Positions 61,871 through 64,000 of a stretch of 64,000 nucleotides of DNA are shown here, piece by piece. Source of the DNA: Pristiophorus japonicus (taxonomy: Eukaryota); assembly GCF_044704955.1 (NCBI RefSeq), contig NC_091979.1:317936001-318000000 (forward strand), read 5' to 3'. The notes under the pieces are model-generated. The model searched no databases and was not told where the DNA came from. It saw nothing but the letters and a program-made list of their open reading frames with translations. The position numbers were made by a program, and so were the translations under genes. Numbering within the stretch: position 1 is the stretch's first letter; each line of letters opens with the position of its first letter.

Positions 61871-62802
61871 CATTCCTCTGCTCGAACCGCCCAGTGCCAC
61901 TTTCGATGTGGCCTGGAGCGGGCGGGAAGGGAGAGCTGCCGGGAAGTGCCCGTCAACGTCAGTGGACGGCCGATGTGCGTAAATTGACTCCCGCCCGCCG
62001 AGATGCCCGATTGGTGTGGGCGGGAGTCGGCGGCAGGACGGCGGGGGACCGCTGGGTGGAGGCTGCTCTGTCCTCAACGGTAAGTGTCAAGATCCTGTAA
62101 CAAAGGTAAGTGGAATGTTGATAAATTATTTATTTACAGGGACTTACCTGGAGGTCCTCAGATGTGGTTTTTTTGTTGGTGACGATTTTTATTTTGACCT
62201 CTTCGACCCTCCGTGGGCCCAACTCCATCCTCGGCGGCACTTGGGAGGCAAGCGCCTCTGCCGCTGAGAATGAGACTCCCGCCCGCTGCCGCCCAGATTG
62301 GTGGCGTACGTCGTTGGTTTGTCACCCTCCAACATCGAGGGACCTCGGCGATGAAAACCCCGCCGAAAGTACCGTCCGATCCTCGGCGGCCATCGGCGGC
62401 ACTTTGGGCGGCACTTGGGCGAGCGGAGACCTTGACCAAATTCAGCCCCATAGTTTAAATTATTAATTTAATCCTGTATTAGCAAGTTATCGGGCCTGAA
62501 CTTGATCAATGAGCTGCCCAATACCACCCACAGCCGCCAAGGTAGTGCTGCCTTAAATATTTTGTTGTGATTCCTCATGTACAGCCCATCTGCCACCCAG
62601 ATCCCGCGGGGCGGGAGTTTCTTCAGGGAAGTACCACCGGTGCAACTTCCTACTGCCCGCTCAGGCTGGAGGCTCCAAAAATGGGATTGTGGTGGTCTAG
62701 GATCCTCTAACATGCTGCTCCCGCCAACCAGACTGACCGCTGGGAAAAAGGTGCTCTGAGCGGGTTGTGATTCGGGCGGCAGGGACAATCGCACAGAATA
62801 GT

Positions 62803-63903
62803 CCAGAATGTACATCCCGGGGAACAGACACACACTGCACCATTATCACACCCTCAGAGTGGTCCAGAGTGTACATCCTGGGTAACATATACACACTGCA
62901 CCATTATCACACCCTCAGAGTGGTCCAGAGTGCACATCCCAGGGAACATACACACACTGCACCATTATCACACCCTCAGAGTGGTCCAGAGTGCACATCC
63001 CGGGGAACAGACACACACTGCACCATTATCACACCCTCAGAGTGGTCCAGAGCTGCACATCCCGGGTAACAGACACACACTGCACCATTATCACACCCTC
63101 AGAGTGGTCCAGAGTGTACATCCCGGGTAACAGACACACACTGCACCATTATCACACCCTCAGAGTGGTCCAGAGTACACATCCCGGGGAACAGACACAC
63201 ACTGCACCATTATCACACCCTCAGAGTGGTCTAGAGCTGTACATCCTGGGGAACAGACACACACTGCACCATTATCACACCCTCAGAGTGGTCCAGAGTA
63301 CACATCCCGGGGAACAGACACACACTGCACCATTATCACACCCTCAGAGTGGTCTAGAGCTGTACATCCTGGGGAACAGACACACACTGCACCATTATCA
63401 CAGCCTCAGAGTGGTCCAGAGCTGCACATCCCGGGTAACAGACACATACTGCACCATTATCACACCCTCAGAGTGGTCCAGAGAGCACATCCCGAGTAAC
63501 ATACACACACTGCACCATTATCACACCCTCAGAGTGGTCTAGAGCTACACATCCCGGGGAACAGACACACACTGCACCATTATCACACCCTCAGCGTGGC
63601 CTAGAGCTGCACATCCCGGGTAATAGACACACACTGCACCATTATCACACCCTCAGAGTGATCCAGAGCTACACATCCCGGGGAACAGACACACACTGCA
63701 CCATTATCACACCCTCAGAGTGGTCCAGAATGTACATCCCGGGTAACAGACACACACTGCACCATTATCACACCCTCAGAGTGATCCAGAGCTACACATC
63801 CCGGGTAACAGACACACACTGCACCATTATCACACCCTCAGAGTGGTCCAGAATGTACATCCCGGGTAACAGACACACACTGCACCATTATCACATCCTC
63901 AGA
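62803..63903. repeat. 61-62-bp minisatellite, ~18 copies
   Basis: Unit approximately CACACACTGCACCATTATCACACCCTCAGAGTGGTCCAGAGTGTACATCCCGGGGAACAGA. Confidence 0.95.
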
Positions 63904-64000
63904 ATGAGTTCACAGATGCAAATTAACTGCACAAAGACTTCACAGATGTAAATAAAAAGTACTCTGTTGAAGGGCAGGTGTGGTATAGGAAGTGGAAATG

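Noticed and set aside
60291-62100. His/Cys/Pro-rich and Trp/Gly-rich ORFs up to 543 aa
   Set aside because: Artefact of a stop-free 10-bp satellite.

Overview
Repeat-dense vertebrate genomic DNA, almost certainly from a shark or other elasmobranch. This is inferred from the CR1/HER1-type LINE tails and the shark-type MHC class I protein; nothing prokaryotic is present. Most of the window is transposable elements: several CR1 subfamilies (often nested), an L2, a Penelope remnant, a complete 12-kb PIF/Harbinger element, a hAT element, Gypsy-type LTR elements and many minisatellites. Three things stand out. (1) The only intact host gene is a completely intronless MHC class I heavy chain (13038-14105, minus strand) that keeps 8 of the 9 classical peptide-anchoring residues. 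A well-spaced X1-X2-Y promoter module lies 1.45 kb upstream, beyond an AUG-free 40-bp VNTR. A same-sense CR1 3' tail lies about 250 nt after the stop, and the whole cassette is bracketed by the same 30-bp G-rich minisatellite. (2) An IFIT pseudogene sits head-to-head with it and is split by nested CR1s. (3) An old, degenerate endogenous retrovirus (2500-11105) has a coiled-coil Gag N-terminus, a YVDD reverse transcriptase, tether plus RNase H, and an env remnant, and may be lokiretrovirus-like. All calls come from reading the sequence and ORF track by eye; no searches were run.
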